Source: Patescibacteria group bacterium
GTDB lineage: Bacteria; Patescibacteriota; Minisyncoccia; UBA10092
DNA length: 38,618 nucleotides
Direction of reading: 5' to 3'
Assembly (NCBI GenBank): GCA_043812515.1
Contig: JBDRMC010000001.1
Location: 1 to 38,618, forward strand
Part shown: positions 35,246 through 38,618 of the stretch, in pieces
How positions within the stretch are numbered: the stretch's first letter is position 1
Layout of the letters: every line of letters starts with the position of its first letter
The notes under the pieces: generated by a model
Database searches by the model: none
Seen by the model: the letters and a program-made list of their open reading frames with translations, nothing else
What the model was told of the DNA's origin: nothing
Made by a program: the position numbers and the translations under genes

Positions 35246-35656
35246 TTATTTGGTTATAAATTTTGTTTTAACCGGCAATTTATAAGAAGCGCGCCTCATA
35301 GCTTCTTCCGCCACTTCCTTTGAAATACCATCCATTTCAAAAAGAATTCTGCCCGGCTTTATCGGAACGACATAGTGGTCGACGGCGCCTTTGCCGCCGC
35401 CCATCGGAGTTTCAGCGCCTTTTTTGGTAACGGGCTTATCGGGAAAAATTCTAATCCAAATTTTTCCGCCGCGCGCCACATAGCGTGTCATCGCCCTTCT
35501 GGCCGCTTCAATCTGTCTGGCGGTTATCCAATCACGTCCTTGAGACTTCAGGCCATAACTGCCGAATGCCAGCTTCGTGCCGCGTGTTTCAATCCCTTTG
35601 AAGCGTCTCCGCCCCTTGTGCCATTTTCTATGTTTTACTTTTTTAGGAATTAACAT
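35246..35656 (-). CDS. rplP: 50S ribosomal protein L16
   Basis: [11 protein letters not shown]; QIEAARRA; MGGGKG. Confidence 0.98.
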   Translation of the reverse strand: MLIPKKVKHRKWHKGRRRFKGIETRGTKLAFGSYGLKSQGRDWITARQIEAARRAMTRYVARGGKIWIRIFPDKPVTKKGAETPMGGGKGAVDHYVVPIKPGRILFEMDGISKEVAEEAMRRASYKLPVKTKFITK

Positions 35657-35662
35657 ATTCGT

Positions 35663-36364
35663 TTAATGTCCTTCTCCGCCACGGGCGGATCCGCCTTCGG
35701 CGGAAAACACTTCGCCTTTATAAATCCAGACCTTTATTCCGATTTTTCCATAAACCGTTGAGGCTTCTTCTTGGGCGTAATTGATGTTGGCCCGGAGCGT
35801 TTGAAGCGGAACCTTGCCTTTGCTTAGCCGTTCCCGCCTGGCCATCTCGCTCCCATTGAGCCTGCCCGCCAAATTAATTTTGGCGCCCAAAACACCCTTC
35901 TGCGCTATTATTCTTTCTAAAGCGCCTTTCATCGCTCTCTTAAACGGCATTCTTTTCTCAAGGTCGGCGGCAATATTTTGAGCAACGATTTTAGCTTCGC
36001 TTTCGGGTTTTTTAATTTCGATAACGGAAAGTTTCAATTCCCACTTGCCGGTTCCGTATTTGTTTTTCAAACGCAGTTTTTTGGCTATCTCTTCCAATTT
36101 CTTTTTCAAATCGGTGAGACCGGTGCCACCGCGGCCTATTATAAGACCCGGCTTGGCGGTATTAACGAAAACCGCAAGGTTGTCTCCGGAGCGTTCTATT
36201 TCAACTTCGCCGAGCCCGGCCCGGTTATATTGCTTAGTCAAAAATTCGCGGATACGCATATCTTCTTCCAAAAAGAAACGGAAAAATTTCCGGTTAAGCC
36301 AGCGCGACTTCCAATTATCAATTATTCCTATTCTAAAATTTGTCGGATGAATTTTATGTCCCAT
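35663..36364 (-). CDS. rpsC: 30S ribosomal protein S3
   Basis: MGHKIHP..FRIG; PGLIIGRGG; VPLQTLRA. Confidence 0.98.
   Translation of the reverse strand: MGHKIHPTNFRIGIIDNWKSRWLNRKFFRFFLEEDMRIREFLTKQYNRAGLGEVEIERSGDNLAVFVNTAKPGLIIGRGGTGLTDLKKKLEEIAKKLRLKNKYGTGKWELKLSVIEIKKPESEAKIVAQNIAADLEKRMPFKRAMKGALERIIAQKGVLGAKINLAGRLNGSEMARRERLSKGKVPLQTLRANINYAQEEASTVYGKIGIKVWIYKGEVFSAEGGSARGGEGH
35675..35704. repeat. 30-bp double-hairpin element at the rpsC C-terminus (SAEGGSARGG)
   Basis: tccgcc-acg-ggcgga-tccgcc-ttc-ggcgga. Confidence 0.93.
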
Positions 36365-36369
36365 AATTT

Positions 36370-36873
36370 TTAGCCGATTGCCTTTCTCCTAAATATTCTT
36401 TTGGCAATGCTTTCCAGCCTTCTTTTTGGTTTTATTTCTTTTGGAGCCGTGTATTCAGCCTTGTCCTTGCTTTCTGTTTTAATAAAAGCTGGTTTTTCTG
36501 TCTCAATTTTAGAAACTTTCTTTTTCTTTTTGGCTCCGCCGATTTTTTCTTCCAAAACCAAAGTAATATGGCTGGTTTTTTTATGAATTGCGCCGGCCCG
36601 CCCAAAAGCCCGGGGCATAAATCGCTTTAGCATCGGCCCTTCATCGATAAAAATATTAAAAATAAACAAATCTTCGGGAGACAAACTGAAATTATTGGCG
36701 GCGGAAGCCACGCCCGATTTTAATAATTTCAAAACAGGCAAAGCCGCTCTTTGGCCTTGAAACTTCAACAGCGCCTCCGCTTCTTGAACGGGCATTTTTT
36801 TTATCAAGGCGGCGACTAGCCTGACTTTTCTCGGCGCGATTCTTAAATTATTTAAGTGAAATTTGTATTGCAT
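36370..36873 (-). CDS. rplV: 50S ribosomal protein L22 with C-terminal extension
   Basis: RIAPRKVRLVA; PRAFGRA; SHIT. Confidence 0.96.
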   Translation of the reverse strand: MQYKFHLNNLRIAPRKVRLVAALIKKMPVQEAEALLKFQGQRAALPVLKLLKSGVASAANNFSLSPEDLFIFNIFIDEGPMLKRFMPRAFGRAGAIHKKTSHITLVLEEKIGGAKKKKKVSKIETEKPAFIKTESKDKAEYTAPKEIKPKRRLESIAKRIFRRKAIG

Positions 36874-36875
36874 AA

Positions 36876-37178
36876 TTAGGGTTTAACAACTTCCGCGGCT
36901 TTTTGTTCAATTTCCCGTTGTATTTTACCGCCATGCCTTACAAATTTTCTTGTCGCGGAAAATTCACCCAGGCAATGGCCGACCATTTCTTCAATAACGG
37001 TAACCGGTATGTGAATTTTTCCGTTATGGACACCGAAAATAAAACCCACCATTTCCGGAGAAATCACGCAATCGCGCGACCATGTTTTAATAACCGTGTT
37101 ATCGCCGGATTTTAACTTGCTTATTTTCTTGAGCAGCTTCGGATCTACCCAAGGACCTTTTTTAACGCTTCTAGACAT
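36876..37178 (-). CDS. rpsS: 30S ribosomal protein S19
   Basis: MSRSVKKGP; KTWSR; MVGH.LGEF. Confidence 0.97.
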   Translation of the reverse strand: MSRSVKKGPWVDPKLLKKISKLKSGDNTVIKTWSRDCVISPEMVGFIFGVHNGKIHIPVTVIEEMVGHCLGEFSATRKFVRHGGKIQREIEQKAAEVVKP

Positions 37179-37180
37179 TG

Positions 37181-38017
37181 TTATTTGTTCTTTTTCCTTC
37201 TTCTTACGATAAACATACTGGACAGTTTCTTTTTCTTTCTGGTCTTGCGTCCGCCGGTAATCTGTCCCCATTTGGTTTTTGGCCGGCGAGTGCCTCTTTG
37301 AGAACGGCCTTCTCCGCCACCGTATTTGTGGTCTCTCGGATTCATAACCGAGGCCCTAACGGTTGGTCTTATGCCAAGCCAGCGCGAGCGACCCGCTTTG
37401 CCGATTGTGATTGTATTCCATTCGGCGTTTGAAAGCGCTCCGATGGAAGCATAACCGCTGTCCAAAACCCTCCTTATTTCCGATGAAGGCAAAAGAAGAT
37501 GGGTATAGCCGTTTTCCTGCGCCATCACTTGAATCGAATTCCCCGCCGCTCTCGCCAATTGCCCGCCTTTTCCCGGAAAAATTTCAACATTATGAACGAA
37601 TGTTCCGACGGGAATATTTTTGAGCGCTATGCGATTGCCGGCTTGAAGCGGCGCGTTTTCGGAAACAACAACCGTATCGCCGACTTTGATATCGCGCGGC
37701 GCCAAAATATATCTTTTTTCACCGTCTTTATAGATTACCAAAGCTATAAAGGCGGTGCGGTTCGGGTCGTATTCAATTGAAGCCACCCGACCGGGGACAT
37801 TATACTTATCTTGTTTAAAATCAACAAGGCGATAAAGTTTTTTGTGGCCACCGCCCTGATGGCGGGTAGTGATACGGCCGTTATTGTTTCTTGCCGAAGT
37901 GTTCTTTATTCCTCTAGTCAAACTCTTCTCCGGTTCGGATTTTGTCAGAACAGAAAAATCAACGCTCGTCATTCCGCGCCTTCCTGGTGATGTTGGATTG
38001 TAAACTTTAATCGCCAT
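37181..38017 (-). CDS. rplB: 50S ribosomal protein L2
   Basis: GGGHKK.YR; IEYDPNR; MNP.DH..GGGEG. Confidence 0.98.
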   Translation of the reverse strand: MAIKVYNPTSPGRRGMTSVDFSVLTKSEPEKSLTRGIKNTSARNNNGRITTRHQGGGHKKLYRLVDFKQDKYNVPGRVASIEYDPNRTAFIALVIYKDGEKRYILAPRDIKVGDTVVVSENAPLQAGNRIALKNIPVGTFVHNVEIFPGKGGQLARAAGNSIQVMAQENGYTHLLLPSSEIRRVLDSGYASIGALSNAEWNTITIGKAGRSRWLGIRPTVRASVMNPRDHKYGGGEGRSQRGTRRPKTKWGQITGGRKTRKKKKLSSMFIVRRRKKNK

Positions 38018-38043
38018 TTTGATATATTTAAATATTTAAAAAT

Positions 38044-38316
38044 TTAAACATTTTTTAATTCTATAGTTTGCCCAGGAGCCAGAGTGATAATAGCTTTTTT
38101 GAATCCCGATTTGAATCCCGTTGTTTTGCCAACTCGCCTGCTTCTTCTGGGAATATTGATAATATTCACGCTCAAAACCTTAACTTTATAAGTTTTTTTA
38201 ATTTCATTTGCCACCATAATTTTATTGGCGCCGGAGTCAACTTTAAAAACATATTTATTGACTTTTTGCGCCGCCAACGCTTTTTCAGCGGTATGTAATT
38301 TAATTAGCAGCGCCAT
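38044..38316 (-). CDS. rplW: 50S ribosomal protein L23
   Basis: KYVFKV...ANK; KKAIITL. Confidence 0.94.
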   Translation of the reverse strand: MALLIKLHTAEKALAAQKVNKYVFKVDSGANKIMVANEIKKTYKVKVLSVNIINIPRRSRRVGKTTGFKSGFKKAIITLAPGQTIELKNV

Positions 38317-38618
38317 ATTTTTTATTTAAATAATCAACTCCGTCTTTGGTGAGAATTAAAAATTTATATTTTAGTATGTCCAAAATATTCAGATTATCCA
38401 TGCCAATAATTTTCAAATTGCTCAAATTGCGTCCTGCTATTTTTATATCATCATTTTTGCCATTAGCAATAAAAATCCCGCTTTTTACTTGGGGAAAATT
38501 AGCCATGATTTTTGCCATTTCTTTAGTTTTGGGAACCGAAAGTTTCAATTCATCTAAAATCAATAATTCGCTATCCTTAACTTTTCCAGAAATTGCGGTA
38601 AGAAGGGCTTTTCTGGCC
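38300..38618 (-). CDS. rplD: 50S ribosomal protein L4 (5' partial)
   Basis: PKTK, RNL, LNILDIL; position upstream of rplW. Confidence 0.9.
   Translation of the reverse strand, partial: ARKALLTAISGKVKDSELLILDELKLSVPKTKEMAKIMANFPQVKSGIFIANGKNDDIKIAGRNLSNLKIIGMDNLNILDILKYKFLILTKDGVDYLNKKYGAAN

Overview
Patescibacteria (CPR, probably Parcubacteria-like) chromosomal DNA in genetic code 11, in three blocks. (1) 1-9265, + strand: C-terminal part of a Peptidase_S74-type protein, a Zn-ribbon/PD-(D/E)XK nuclease plus four-helix-bundle pair, an O-antigen-ligase/TPR protein split by an in-frame TAA, mltG-gatC-gatA-hypothetical, a frameshifted HTH/LAGLIDADG-like gene, and tRNA(CAT) plus tRNA-Asp followed by a short element flanked by a duplicated tRNA 3' end. 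(2) About 9600-19750, - strand, AT-rich accessory/defence-like island: DUF1003, TspO, a cassette-like array of small genes each followed by an ATTCTGCAGAAT-cored palindrome, three PD-(D/E)XK nucleases, an MBL-membrane-MBL operon behind a promoter/terminator leader, a type IIG-like RM enzyme and a Phd-RelE TA pair. (3) 19904-38618, - strand core genes: a second, divergent mltG-(ligA)-gatC-gatA-hypothetical set, tpiA, galT-like, GT2, ruvX, map, adk, secY and the spc/S10 ribosomal protein cluster without L30 or L29. Several short palindromic elements sit in-frame inside essential genes (mltG, rpsE, rplE, rpsC, ligA, and catalytic loop 6 of tpiA). All calls come from motif recognition by eye; no searches were run.
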